Under the pieces are notes generated by a model. That model saw only the letters and a list, made by a program, of their open reading frames with translations, was not told the origin of the DNA and did no database searches. Below are positions 39,590 to 53,109 of a stretch of DNA of 64,000 nt, in pieces. Each line of letters begins with the position of its first letter. The first letter of the stretch is position 1. Source of the DNA: Felis catus (taxonomy: Eukaryota); contig NC_058381.1 of the NCBI RefSeq assembly GCF_018350175.1, positions 13,454,001-13,518,000 on the forward strand, in the 5' to 3' direction. Position numbers and translations under genes: made by a program.

Positions 39590-40601
39590 GTATGCTGGGC
39601 TCCAGGGATGATCATGTGCTTCTAGCAACCACTGTGGAACAGCAAAGTGCTGCGGAGGGCTCTCTCTGAAGGATCGGGTCACCCTGCAGTAGGAATGGAA
39701 TGGCACATGTTGTCTCTTGTATTTTGTGTACGTCCTGTATGTTGTGTACCTCCTATCTTGTACAAATGTGTAATGAGTAAGCGAACTGTCCACTCACACA
39801 CCGTCCATCAGCAGGGTGAGGGAAAAGAGTGACTTGTCTCTGATTCTCTGTAGGATTCAGTGGAGTGGATTTTCCACAGCTTTCTCTTTTGTGTCAGGGT
39901 CTCAGAGCATCAAAGTAGACAACTAAGAGATTAGTGTGGTTATAGGAGATGCCAAGACACAGTGGAAATACTTTTGAATTTGGGCATAATTTTTGTTGTT
40001 TGTCATAGTCACAGACATTTGTGATTTTTGAATTCCAGGGCTTGTCCTTTTTATGGGCTCAAGTGCTAAGAATTATTTAATTGGTTGTCTTATATCTTAA
40101 ATGCCACAGTGCAGGTGACCTGTTCTTTTTGGCCTCTAGGAAGAGACTTATTAAGCCAGCAAAATAATGATGAGTAATTTACATGCCAGATGTTGGGCTA
40201 AGGATGTTACCTGCATGATCACATTGAACATTCCTGACATCTTCATGATATAGGTTACATTATTGTCCCCATTGTGCAGATGAGAAGTGGAGGTTCTGAA
40301 GTTAATATGCCTGGGCTCATATGGCAGCAAGTGGGGACTCCAGCTTTTGAACCCAGGTTGGTGTGACTTCAGACACTAAGCTTTTAAAGGCCTCTTGGAG
40401 AACCAAAGCTGCACGAGGGTGCAACAGTTCAATGAAGCCAGGAATTTCCCAACAGAATGTCTGAGGAAGGGTTAGGATATTATGAGCTCCTGTTACAGCA
40501 AGCATTAAAAAACTTTTTTAACTAAAAAGTTCTATACAGACATAAAAGTAGGGAGTATTATGGACCAACACACACCCATTACCCAGCTACTTTACTGCAG
40601 G

Positions 40602-40820
40602 TTTTTTTTTTATTAAGGTTTAAAAATTTATTTTGAGAGAGAGAGAGCATGCACAAGCTGGGGAGGGGCAGAGAGAGAGGGAGAGAGAGAGAAACCCAAG
40701 CAGGCTCTGCACTGTCAGTGCAGAGCTGGATTCAGGCCTTGATCTCACGAACCGGGAGATCATGACCTGAGCTGAAATCAAGAGTCAGACATTTAGCAGA
40801 CTGAGCCACCCAGGCACCCC
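40602..40820 (-). mobile_element. Can-SINE
   Basis: typical structure. Confidence 0.9.
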
Positions 40821-41799
40821 CTGGGTATTTTAAGTAGAGGATGGATGGCTACTTTGGGGGCTGTAGTTAAGGGGATTTGAACACCAGATTCACCCCTTTT
40901 TGCCTGGAGAGTCAGTGATTCCAGTTCCCCGGGGCCAAGTGAGTGGTGACCTGCTTCTCAGCAGCATGACTGGTGTCTAGTGATGCATCCTTTGATCAGT
41001 TCCCAGGAGGGGCTGGGTAGACTGTAGAAGCCAGTGCAGGACCTCTTGCTTCTTCCCTCTTCCTCATCTGCCTGTTGTCAGGCTGGCTGGGACCACAGGA
41101 GCTGCTTGGCTCCAATCAGTAGCAGGAGGAGAAGGCCGATTAGGGTGTTACAGCTGACCTCTCAGAGGGAGTCTAGGTTGTAAAAACTTTTTAAACTCCT
41201 TAATTTTGTATTAACGAGAATAAATGTCCTTTTAATACTAAAACCTGTCCCAAAGAGGACAGCAGAGATCTAATGATTGTGGTCTGGTCATCTGCCTCCC
41301 TTTCTGCCCATTTCCTGGACTCTGTAACAACCACACAGACCATTGCCCACATTGTTGGAGAGAGCTGCTTAATATTTCATTGAGTCAGCCCACATGCCTC
41401 CTTGCTTTGTTTTCTGCTTCTGGGAAGGAGGGAAACCACTATTTGACGATGGTAATACTTGCTTAGCAGAGTTGAGTGAAATCGTACTTGGGATCAAGAC
41501 ATTGTGTTTTTAATGGTGGCCATAAATCAGTTTAGCTTCAGTACCTACAGTGAATAAGGCTCAGTACTTGACCCCACGGGAGACGTAGAAACTAGCAGAC
41601 GAAGCCCTCACCTTCCAGGGCACACTCAAGGCAGTCAACACAGACAGGCACCAGTAAGCCGAGCGGAGAGCTAATTGCTTCCATGAGGGCACAGGCCAGC
41701 CAGCGGGGAGAGGAAAAACAGTGAGAGTGTCCTCTGAGAGGCCTGTGGTTACGCCTGTAGACTCCATTTCGAGGGTCAGTAATAGCAGGAGAGAAGTGG

Positions 41800-42750
41800 G
41801 CATGATAAGACCAAGCTAAAAGGCAAGCGGCTGACTGGGAGAAAATGTTTGCTTGTGTGAATAATATGGGTACATATAAAGAAATAAGGACAGAGAAAGG
41901 ACAAATGGTCCTGTGGAAAATGGGCAAAGGATACCGATAGGCAGTTCCTAGAAGAGGAAATACAAGTGGCTAATAAGCATATAAAAAGAGGCTCAATGTC
42001 ATTAGTAATTAGGGCAGAGCAGATGAAAACAACAATGAGAAATCATTTCCACCCACTGAATTGTAAGAAATCAAAGTTTGAAAATGTCAAGGTGGGGAAA
42101 TGGGGTGGAAAATTGATATTTTTAAATATGGCCGGTGGTAGTATAAATTAGCATGGCGATTTGGAGGGCAGTTTGGCGGGGGCCTGTTCCAAACAAGGGG
42201 GCTGCTGTGACTCAGCAGCTTTGCTACTTGGTATCTGCTCAGGAAAATTACTTTACCATGTATGTGCATAAGGAGGCGTAATCACGGTAGTTCATTACCC
42301 TGTTATGGTAGCGAAAAGTGGCGTTTAAGCGCGTTTAAGCTCTGGGGAATGGATGCATAAATGGTGGTATGCCCAGGCTGTAGGAGGATGTGCAGTGTAG
42401 TCAAAAAGAATAAGGTACATTCACATGCACTCACATGGAAAGGCCTCTAGAACATTTGCTGGATGTTAAAAATAACCCCTAGAAGAAGAAATATAGTACA
42501 ATGCTGTTTGCTTAAAAAAAAAAAAAAAAAAAAAAAGACAAAAACAAAATAAAGTCAATCAAGCCAAACAAAATATGTTGTGTGAGTGTGAAAACTTGAG
42601 ATAGTTCCCCACAAGTGCTAACAGGGACAGGAGTGGGGCCAGGACTCAGGTAGGGGTATAAGCAGACCTCTGGCTTTATCTGTAATAGCTGAACATCTCA
42701 TACCGAGAATGCATTCACTTGTCACTTCTGTAATTAAAAAATTAAAAATA
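41800..42750 (+). mobile_element. old L1 (L1M-type) ORF2 end and 3'UTR remnant
   Basis: gactgggagaaaatgtttgc, aataagcatataaaaagaggctcaatgtcattagtaattaggg, aaaacaacaatgaga motifs. Confidence 0.7.
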
Positions 42751-43176
42751 TATCAATTCTTTGCCAAAAGAGAGAGAGAGAGGGAGAGAAGGAAGAAAGA
42801 AAAAAGTTAACAAATATCAGACCAAATTGTGAAACAGAGTGGATTTGAATCTTGGTTCTACCATTTGATAGCTATGTGACCTTTGGCAAATTTTTCTTAA
42901 CTTCTCTCTGCTTCATTTTTCTTGTAAAAAGGGAAGAATTAGCATGCCTATATTATAAGGCTGTTATATAGATTAAATGAATTATTTTTGAAGTGCTTTG
43001 AAGAATACCTGGTACATAGTAAGGATTCCATATTTGTTTTCTCATACAAACAAAATAAAACTGTTAGTAAAAAAAAAAATTTTTTTTAAAGGATCAAAGA
43101 GTTTTGGAAGCAGATAAAGGGGTTGAAAAAAAGCTGTAGAAATCCGGCTTTGGGCTGGAATAAGAATCCCAACTTT

Positions 43177-43365
43177 AGGGACACCTGGGTGGCTCAGTCA
43201 GTTGAGCATCTGACTCTTGGTTTTGGTTCAGGTCGTGATCCCGGGGTCATGGGACTCCATTGCACTGAGCATGGAGCCTTCTCCCTCCTGCCACCCTCTC
43301 TCTTTCTCTCCCTCTCTCTGCCCCTCTCCCACTCACTTGCTCTCTCTTTCTCTCTCTCTCTAAAA
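43177..43365 (+). mobile_element. Can-SINE (sense to SHPK)
   Basis: ggggacacctgggtggctcagtcagttgagc head, (CT)n, A tail. Confidence 0.88.
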
Positions 43366-43650
43366 AATACAAGAATTTTTAAAAAGTAAGAAATACATGT
43401 TTTAAAAAAAAGAATCCCGGCTTTAAGTGTAGGTACAAATACAGTATGTAGTTGTGGAGGTGCACTGCTTTGCCCCGACTCCTACCCCAAGTGAAACTTC
43501 ATACACTTCAGGTGCATGATCTGTTAGGCACCTCCCTGCTCTTCTGGTTACTGGCTGGGGATACCAACCAGAGTTTGACAAGCTGTCTCAGAGCCTTTGC
43601 CCTGACCCATCTACCTGCAGCATGTATCCCCAGACATTCTTTAAAAAAAA

Positions 43651-43872
43651 TTTTTTTTTTAATCTTTATTTATTTTTGAGAGAGACAGAGACAGAAACAG
43701 AGAGCAGGGTAGGAGCAGAGAGAGGGGGAGACACAGAATCTGAAGCAGCCTCCAGGCTCCAGGCTCCCAGCTGTCAGCACAGAGCCTGATGCGGGGCTTA
43801 AACTCACGAACCGTGAGAACATGACCTGAGCTGAAGTCAGATGCTTAACCGACTGAGCCACCCAGGCGCCCC
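43651..43872 (-). mobile_element. Can-SINE with TSD
   Basis: TSD tccccagacattctt at 43627 and 43874. Confidence 0.92.
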
Positions 43873-45599
43873 CTCCCCAGACATTCTTATGGCTCACTCT
43901 CTTCTTTCATCCAGGTCCCTCCTCACACGTCACCTCAGGGAAGACTTCCGTGATCACCCTTCAAAAAATCTATCACTGCTGTTTATTTCTTCACAGCAAT
44001 GAAAAGTATCAGATATTATATACTTGCTTGTGTATATTCTGTATACCTAGCATGTAAGCTTCATGACAGTAGTGACTTTTTCTTGTTGATTGCTGCATTC
44101 TCAGGGACTAGAATCCGTGCCTAATACATATTAGATACTTAATAAACATGTCATTCAATCACCCACATATGAATGAACAAATGGATGTTTCATGGTCTGG
44201 AACAAAGAGGGGAGAGGCAGTTAAGTTTCTTTCTTTGGTTCTTAATGAAAAAAATTTATAGGAAAATGTAATGATTTTGGCTCCCAAATCTGGGGCCTCA
44301 GATCAGACATAGCCACAAAATAGCTGCATGTGAGGCTTTGCCCTGCTTTGCTTTATGGTAGGCATTGTTCTCATCTGGAGGCCATCTCAGGACATATGGA
44401 GAACAAATTCTCATCTCTGTCCATTAGATCCGGAGTGTTCTTGTTACTGATAACCTTTCTCAACTGGCACTCAAGATTCTTTTCCCATTCTGCTACAGTG
44501 GTTGTATTTATATTCTGTGGAAGTGTGAGAAATATTCCCTATATGAGAAGAGGAGAAAACAAAACATATGAGGGATGTGTATTGTCTTTCTTGAAGGCTG
44601 CTGCAAATCTTAGACCCCAGACAGAGTTTAGAAGGTAAAGATTCATTTGCATCATCATTATCATCACTAACATTAATTGAGTACTGACTGTGTCAGGTAC
44701 TGTTCTAAATGCTTTACATGTGTTAACTCATTTAATACTTACAACCCTACACACACAACACACACTACATACTCTAACCCTAACTCTAACCCTTCCCCTT
44801 GCCACTAGTCTAAGAGTGAAGTTGACACATGGCAGGAAGAGCTACCAGGACCCAGGAAATAATTATAAGTGTCCTTTACCTCTGGGCTTCCGGATACAGT
44901 TGCCACCAAGATGCTGAACTAGCTTGACAGCTGGCTGTCTCTGCCAAGGTCAGTTTTAGAGGAATCATAAGAGAAAAACACCAAGGAAAGGGGAGAACAT
45001 TGTGAGAGAGCCTGGGGTGATGGGGCTGCTTTGATTTGGGATGTGTGGGTTGACAGTGGCTTGGGTCTGGGGCAAGAGGCAACCAGCCTTGCCTGTGAGA
45101 GGATAAATCGGAGGGGAACAGCTGGTCCCCTGGACTGCCATGGCTTTGGGACAAGCAGCATTGTCCGCATACCCTCAGCAGCTCTGGTGTCTTCAGGAAT
45201 AAAATCAAGGCAGTGGAGAAAAGCAGGAGTCTCTTTCCAAACCACAGGGCTGGTGACATTGTAATCTAAGGATCCTCAAAACATTGTTTTTTCCTGGGAG
45301 GCAGAGTGGAAGTACTGACCTGAGGAGATGTTTTGCAGGGTGGGATGGATTAGCTGCAGATTTACCCCAGGATTCATTCATCCTTTCCAGCCGCTTGGAG
45401 GCTGGCAGGGATTGGGATCTGGCCCGTTTACACTGACTGACAGAGTAGCCAATAGTCCCAGCACAAAATGAGTTCATGGGCCAGGACAATAAGACATTTG
45501 AAGAGCACAGCTGTTTCACAAGAAAAACATTGTGCCAGGTGATTTGATGGAGATTCTTTGAGAAACCACTGTTAGAACGGTCAGTCTAATTTAAAATTA

Positions 45600-46200
45600 G
45601 CTTGACATACCTACTAAAATGTATGAAAGGAGAATATTAGCAAGAAAACATAAAAAGGACCAAGGAGAATTATTAGGTCTGAAAAAATATAATGGTTGAA
45701 ATAAAGAATGTAATAGACGGGATTAATAACAAAATGGATAGAACTTCAGGACAAATTTGAAAATAAAAGATGCAAATTTAGAAAATCTCTCAGAAGGAAG
45801 AAGAAAAGGACAACGAAGTAAAAAATATAAAAGAAAAGGTAAGAAATATTGAAGATACAAATAGAAGCACTAGCATCTGAATAATAGGAGATCTAGAAAA
45901 GGAAAAATAAAAGTGGTAGAGGAGGAAATATTTGAAGAACTAATGAAGAAAATTTACCATAACTGACAAAATAATATCTTACGCACCAGACTGAAGGGGT
46001 GCATAGAATGTCAAAGAAGGGAGAGAAGGAAAACCTCACGGCCAGATATATTATAGTGAACTTTTAAGGATTTCAGACAAAGAAAATACCAAAAGCATAC
46101 ACAGTGAAAGACCAGGTCCTATATAAAAGAATTACAAGCAGATTGACTAGACATTTTTCAATAGCAACATTCTATGTAAAAATGCAATGGAATAGTATTT
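45600..46200 (+). mobile_element. old L1 ORF1-region remnant
   Basis: A-rich degenerate ORF1-like sequence (ataataggag, gaaatatttgaagaactaatg, gacatttttcaatagcaac). Confidence 0.6.
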
Positions 46201-46920
46201 TGGTTACCTACTGGTGTATAGCAAACTACCTCCAAACTCAGTTACTTAAAACAGCAAACATTTTATTATATCTTGTACAATTTACTTCTGCATATCAGAT
46301 AGAGCTACTGTACACGGAGTTGATGGAGGTTGCTTGGGAGTATTTGTGTAGTGGACAGATGGGTCTGGAGGGTTCAAGAGTGGCTCTACTCAATGCTTGA
46401 TGCCTTGGTAGGGAAGGCTGGAAGGCTGGAGTCAGCCTGGAGGATGGCCTTTAGATGCCTACATGTGACTTCTCCATGTAGTTTCTCCAGCATGGTGGCC
46501 TTAGGACTTATTTTTTTTTTTTAAGTTTATTTATTTATTTTGGTGGGGGGAGGGGCAGAGAGAGAGAATTCCAAGTAGGCTCCACATTGTCAGCATGGAG
46601 CCCAATGTGGGGCTCAATGTCATGAACCATGAGACCACGACCTGAGCCGAAATCAAGAGTCAGATGCTTAACTGACTGAGCCACCCAAGTGCCCCAGGTA
46701 GTGGGACTTTGTACGTGGTGGCTGGCTTCCCCCAGAGTGAGTGCTCCAAAAGGCTCTGGTGGGAGCTGCAAGACTTCTATGACCTAGCTTTGGGGGTCCT
46801 AGGATGTCACTACCCCCACATTCTCTTGGTCAAGCAAATCATCAAGTCCAGCCTAGATTCAAGGAAAGAGGAGTTAGATTCTGCCCCTTAATGGGAGGAG
46901 TAGCAAGGAATTTGTGGCAA
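46200..46920. mobile_element. MaLR (MLT1-type) LTR remnant with a nested Can-SINE at 46511-46694
   Basis: caaactacctccaaactcagttacttaaaacagcaaacatttt and ttctatgacctagc...cagcctagattcaagg motifs; SINE interrupts it. Confidence 0.65.
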
Positions 46921-47093
46921 TCTATCACAAATCTACAAAGTGTTTTTAAGTATTGAAGAAAAGGAACTTAGGACCTGGAATATTACAACTGTCCTTCAAG
47001 TATGAGGATATGAAAAGATATTCGGAGCCATGTAGGCCTTTAGATGCTTTGCCACAGAACGAACTATACTGAAACTAGTTTTGGGCAATTTAA

Positions 47094-47310
47094 ATTTTTT
47101 TTTTTTTTTAACGTTTATTTATTTTTGGGACAGAGAGAGACAGAGCATGAACAGGGGAGGGGCAGAGAGAGAGGGAGACACAGAATCGGAAACAGGCTCC
47201 AGGCTCTGAGCCATCAGCCCAGAGCCCGACATGGGGCTCGAACTCACGGACCGCGAGATCGTGACCTGGCTGAAGTCGGACGCTTAACCGACTGCGCCAC
47301 CCAGGCGCCC
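47094..47310 (-). mobile_element. young felid Can-SINE with TSD
   Basis: TSD gttttgggcaatttaaat at 47078 and 47313. Confidence 0.95.
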
Positions 47311-47848
47311 CTGTTTTGGGCAATTTAAATAAGAGCAGAGAAAGATCCAGAAGATTTCAAGAGATAAATGACATAAATGAAGTAAAGATGGCTAGATTCC
47401 TGAATAAAGTTTGATGCCTAAAAATCAGTTAGCTAAGACCAAAGTAAAAGAGAAAATATATCCATCGTCATCCAGAATCCAGTCTAGGTAGTATCCTCAT
47501 GGTAAGAGTTGGAAGGATGGAGACTAGGGGACTTGAGAGTGTGCCAAGTTTCTTTCCTTACAGGGTGAAAGGGGATATAATATCAACTGTAAAAAATGAA
47601 TAAAAAGGAATATAGAAGAAGTGGGATAAATGGAGGGAGTAGGTGACTTGCCCAGGGTCACATAGCCATTGGTGACGGAGCCAGGTATTAAACCCGGGTG
47701 CTCTTACATCAGAACCCAGGTGTGTGAGTGAAGCATTATCATGGGTGATAAAGTCGAGCTTTTACCTCACTAGCAGAATGGTCTCACAGACATGCTGCTG
47801 CTGGTCAGTGGCTCTTTTCTCTGTGTTTGGTAATCTCCTTTGTTTCAG

Positions 47849-48032
47849 GCTGTGAATGGACAGAGGGAGGGGCCTCCCCTGTGTTTGAGCCCAGATCTGT
47901 GAGCCACCTGGTCACATGGCAGGATGGCCGGTGTAGCAGCGAGTTCCTGGCTTCTTTGCCCCGGCCAGAGTCCCATCTCAGTGTGGCCTCAGGGTTTGGC
48001 TGTGCAACCATCTTCTGGCTTTCGAAGAATAG
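47849..48032 (+). CDS. SHPK: SHPK exon 3
   Basis: CEWTEGGASPVFEPRSVSHLVTWQDGRCSSEFL...GCATIFWLSKN; 184 nt. Confidence 0.96.
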
Positions 48033-48572
48033 GTACGGACAACTGTTTTTGAATTGGATTCTGGGTTTCCAGGGAAATGAGAGTGGCCAGAGGGCTATAC
48101 CTCCAGCTGGTCAGCATCACTCCACATGCTGGAGTGTTCCTCAGTCAGGTGGCCTGGCACAGAGTGTGGTCACAGGACCTAGACTTGGTCCAGAGCTGCT
48201 TCGTTTCTCAGAAGTCTTGGTTATCTGATTCTAACCAGGGGCGGAAAGAAAGGGGCAGAGAGGACAAGGGACTTGCCAGGGGTCACGTGGTGAGTTAATG
48301 GTAGGGTCAGGGCTGCTGAGAACGGCCAATGTCGGGTTTTCCCAGGCCTTCTCCCCTGAGACCACTCCCCTAAGGCTGACTCCAGCGAGCTGTGTTTTGA
48401 GTGGCTGGGAGGTCCTCACCCCGGGAGGTTTACTTGTCAGGGAGCTGCAGCATGTGGGGTGCTGGTTGCCACCCGGCTATGTCATGTCTAGTCCACTGCC
48501 TGCAGCTAGGTGTGGTGCATGCTTTCAAGTTGCTATTAGACCATGTTGAATTGTTTTTGATATGATAACTAG

Positions 48573-48725
48573 CCCAGAGTTCCTGAAGTCCTATGATGCA
48601 GTGGGCACCATCCATGACTATGTGGTTGCCATGTTGTGTGGCTTGCCAAGATCCCTGATGTGCGACCAGAATGCTGCTAGCTGGGGATATTTCAACACTC
48701 AGAGCCAAAGCTGGAACTTGGAGAT
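48573..48725 (+). CDS. SHPK: SHPK exon 4
   Basis: PEFLKSYDAVGTIHDYVVAMLCGLPRSLMCDQNAASWGYFNTQSQSWNLE; 153 nt. Confidence 0.95.
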
Positions 48726-49709
48726 GTGAGTATATCCTTGCAGGACGGCTCCAGGCTAAAGGTCAGAATCTCTAATGTGAGAGCTTCAGTGGGACTTTCC
48801 CATTCAAGAAGAGTGGAGGATTCCAAGAGGCCAGGAATCAAGTTCCAATGTCCTTCAGCCTGTTTCAGTCACCAGGCATGGGTGGGCCTAGCTGTCAGCG
48901 AACCCTTGCAGGGGGTTACCCTGTACGCCATGCTGTCCTGCTCTTCCACAATTGCCCAGACCTAGGTTGGCTTCCCCAGTTCTCTGTGACTCAGCCCTAG
49001 CCTATAGATTTCAAAGAATAACTTTCACTATAATAAAGTTTAAAATAAGGTTAAAAAATGGAAGTAGCAGTCTTGAGACATGTCTTTTAAAAGTTCTTTT
49101 TAAGCAATCTTTTGCCTTTTCAGATCCAGAAATCCAGTGCCCTATAAGTTCACTTCCTTCAGGGTCCAAATTCTGAGCTCTGTAATAAAACAAAAAGCAC
49201 CTGGTAGTTCAGGTAAAGGACTTTCCAGCATGTTTTATAAAATTGACAGCCCGTGTTCACTAACCCCGAGTGATGAATGCGTTTGGTATTCAGGAGACTG
49301 ATGGATTTGACTTTGGTTTGGCCTGTGCTAACTGATTGTGACTTTGTGTTGGAACTCTATCTCCCTTTGCAGAGTATTTGTGTTCCCTTCAAACATAGGA
49401 GGCTGAGTGGGGATGAAATCTGGCTCTTGTGTAATCCTTCCTGATCACCCCTGCTTACACTGGTTGTTTTCTTTCCTGGAAGGCTAATCCTAAACTTTTG
49501 AAAGCCAGTGTTCATTCTTTAAAAAATACAAGTCTACTTCTCATGGTTTTAAAAAAAGCCAAAGAGGCCCTCTCTGAAAACACTGGATTCTACCCTCCCT
49601 TCCTGTATGTGTTATCCTCTAGTGCTTTCCTTTGTTGAGTTTCCTGGAAACAACAAAGACCAAAAAAACCCAGCACCAGGTAAATACACTGTCCATTTTT
49701 GGATTGCAG

Positions 49710-49885
49710 ATTGAGGACCTCAGGCTTTCCCATCCACCTGCTCCCAGACATCGCTGAGGCGGGCAGCTTGGCGGGCAGAACTTCCCGTGCCTGGTTTGGA
49801 GTCCCAAAGGGGACGCGGGTGGGCGTGGCCTTGGGTGATTTACAGGCCTCCGTCTATTCCTGTATGGCCCAAAGGACAGATGCGG
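49710..49885 (+). CDS. SHPK: SHPK exon 5
   Basis: LRTSGFPIHLLPDIAEAGSLAG...GVALGDLQASVYSCMAQRTDA; 176 nt. Confidence 0.96.
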
Positions 49886-50309
49886 GTAAGTCTTTCTTCT
49901 GTTCCTTCCTCAGACTTCTACTGGTGCCTTCTAAACTCCAGCTCTGTGTGAGGGTACAAGGGGAACATGTACCAAAGCCTCCGCATCCTGTTGATCGTTA
50001 TTCTGTAAACATGAAAAACAGCCTCATTCCTACAGGTTCTGAAGACCCTCCCCTGGGAGCTTGCAATCCTATAGGGCAAGTTCTGTCCCTGACCACAGTC
50101 TGTGCTTTTCCTTTCCATGGCCAGGTAAGGGAAATGACTGTTTCTAGCTGGCTGATTGCTGTGTAACTCCATGACCAAGAAAATAGATTAGTAGATTAGG
50201 GTTTTTGTTATTGTGTTTCTCAATGAAAGTTCCATCCTATCTGATTAGAAGTGCAGAGTCTTTTCTGTATTCAGTGTAAGAGAGTCATAGTGAGATGGAG
50301 GCTGCAGTC

Positions 50310-50575
50310 TAGGGCAGAGCTTGGTCGACTTTTCCTGTAAAGGATCGGATAATAAATATATTAGGCTTTGTAGGCCATGTCGTTTCTATCATAGCTACGT
50401 AACTCTGCTGTTAGAGCCTGAAAGCAGCCATAGCCAATACATAAATGAATTGGGAGCCGCTGTGTTCTAACAAAACTTCATTTATAGACACTGAAATGTG
50501 AATTCCATAGAATTTTCACGTGTCATGAAATTTTCTTCTCCTTTTGATTTCTTTTCAACCATTTAAAAATGTAAG
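50310..50575. mobile_element. MER58-like DNA transposon remnant
   Basis: ttttcctgtaaagg...ataaatatattaggctttgtaggcca...aaagcagccatag. Confidence 0.7.
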
Positions 50576-50589
50576 AACATGCCACTATG

Positions 50590-51177
50590 ATTGTAAAATG
50601 CTGCAGCCCCTTTGGAAAACAGCCTGGCAGTTCCTTAAAAGTTAAACATGACCCAGCAATTCCACTCCCAGGTGCACACGCCGAAGAGAACTGGCAGCAC
50701 GTGTCCACACAAAGTGTCCACACTTCACCCAGATGTTCCTAGCAGCATTGTTCATAACAACTTACAATTCAAAAAGTAGAAACAATCCAAACTCCCACCA
50801 ATTGATAAATGCATTTAGAAAGTGTGCTATATCCACACAGCTGAAATGCCACAACATGGGAGTGAAAGGGAGGAATGAAAGAAACCAGTTCCAAAAGGCC
50901 GTGTATCATATGTTTCCATTCCTGTGAAAAGTCTAGAACAGGCAAATCCATAGAGACAGACAGCAGATGAATGGTTGCCAGGGGCCGGGGGAAGCAGTGA
51001 TTGCTGATGGGTACAGTCTCTTTTTGGAGTGATAAAAATGTTTTAAAATTAGATAGTGGTGATGGTTGCACAACTGTGAATATACTAAAAACCACTGAAT
51101 TATACCTTTTAAAAAGTTGTTTTTTATGGTGAATTGATGTGAATTATATTTCAATAAAGCTATTATTTAAAAAAAAG
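50590..51177 (+). mobile_element. L1M-type 3' end
   Basis: gacccagcaattccactcc, ggtgatggttgcacaactgtgaatatactaaaaaccactgaatt, aataaa then A tail. Confidence 0.8.
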
Positions 51178-51502
51178 TGAAAGCCATTCTTAGCTCTCAG
51201 ACCATACAAAAACACATGGCCGGGTGGGTATGGCCTGTGGGCTGTTGTTTGCCCTTCCCCGGGCTAGGGGAGAATTGGGGCCTGCCTGCCCAAGCAAGGT
51301 GGTTGCAGGATGGAGGTTTCATTTGACCCTCATGGCAACCTGGCCAAGTGAGTCCACTCTGGGAGCCCCTCCTTGTTACCAAGGGGAATGGAGAATTCAT
51401 TCATCTTACCTGAATTCTCTTTGTAGTCACGTCTTCTTTCATCCATCAGATAGAACTATTACACTTCAACCCTGACTTTAAAAAGTTTGACCAGCCTTCT
51501 CT

Positions 51503-51737
51503 NNNNNNNNNNNNNNNNNNNNNNNNNNNNNNNNNNNNNNNNNNNNNNNNNNNNNNNNNNNNNNNNNNNNNNNNNNNNNNNNNNNNNNNNNNNNNNNNNN
51601 NNNNNNNNNNNNNNNNNNNNNNNNNNNNNNNNNNNNNNNNNNNNNNNNNNNNNNNNNNNNNNNNNNNNNNNNNNNNNNNNNNNNNNNNNNNNNNNNNNNN
51701 NNNNNNNNNNNNNNNNNNNNNNNNNNNNNNNNNNNNN
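51503..51737. other. assembly gap (N)
   Basis: run of N. Confidence 1.
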
Positions 51738-51923
51738 TGAGAGAGAGACAGAGCACGAGCAGGGGAGGGACACAGAGAGAGGGGGAGACACAGAATCTGA
51801 AGCAGGCTCCGGGCTCTGAGCTGTCAGTACAGAGCCCGAGAGGCAGGGCTCAAGCCCACAAACCATGAGATCATGACTTGAGTGGAAGTCAGATGCTTAA
51901 CCAACTGAGCCACCCAGGCACCC
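51738..51923 (-). mobile_element. Can-SINE (tail lost in the gap)
   Basis: (GA)n and reverse-complement SINE head. Confidence 0.88.
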
Positions 51924-53109
51924 CTATTTTGTGGTATTCCTAAGAAATAACATTTCAAGGACTGTTATTGTCTTGTTTGGGGTAGCAATTCCTCATTCAA
52001 GATTAGCTGAGAGGGAAAAGTGAAATTCTGCCCATTTCGTTGGCACTTATATGTGATAAAGTCTTTTAAGGTCAGAAGTTTTTCAAAACCTTTTCTCCCA
52101 AATTTTCATCTAAAATCAATGCTCTGGGAATATGTTAAGTTTGTTCTGTGGCTTTTAATTTTCCCAATACACCAGCTCTTGCCTTGTATCATTTCATCTC
52201 AAAGTGTGAATGTCAGGGAACTCATGTGGGCTTTGGAGTCAGTCCCCAGGCCTGGGTTAGAATTTAGCCCCTCTCCTCCTTCTGGTGTGGCCTTAGGCAG
52301 GTGGCTTTTCTTCCTGAGCCCTTGTCATCATCTAAAATGAGGGTGACAACACCTTTCTCATGGGGTGGTTGTGGTGACACAGTGGGCTGGTGCCTGTAAA
52401 GAGCTTGGTTCTTTCTTACTACTCTGGTGGTTTTTAAATCATAGGCTGTTCCCTTGACAGAGGGCTCTCCTGTGCCTGGATGTGAATGTGTGTCCTACAT
52501 AGTAAGTGAGGGGCTAGTCAAGTGGGAAGAAGCTAAGAATTAGGCTCCCTCTTCAGTGAGCTGGCTGTAGTCTCTGGTTCCAGATTGTGGCTGCTGGCTG
52601 TAGTCAGTTGTGCTGTGTCTAAGGGCAAGGTTGGTTGGCCTCCATCCTTGACACCTCCACTTCCGGGGGACAGGTAGAGGGCATGTTGCTTCTGGTAAAG
52701 AGTCACAGGGAAAGGCTTGATGTGGCAGAAGGTAAAGGATATTGACTTTCTGCGATTTGTTTCTGGTCTCCTTGCTTCCAAACCCAGACTAGATGGGAAA
52801 GTTAAACGTTGACCTCAGTTATTTCAGACCCCAATAGACTGAGAAGCACAGGCTTTTTGTCCAAGTCTTGTGAGAAGTGGAAGAGAAGAGACTCCTAGAA
52901 CAGTCCACAGGCCCTGGCCTCAATCCAGAGGAGAAAATCATCCCCTCCGTGCTGGGTCTGGGACCTTTTCCCCCACTGGTAGAGGAAGGTTAAGAGAGCC
53001 ATGGAAATGGGAAGGAGGTGGTGCTTGCCGAAAATGAATGAAGCCTCACCAGAGAGTTGAATGAAGCCTCACCAGAGAGTTAAATACTTGGGCTGAGCTC
53101 TTTCTCCCT

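Noticed and set aside
51459-51866. ORFs spanning X runs
   Set aside because: Artefacts of the N gap
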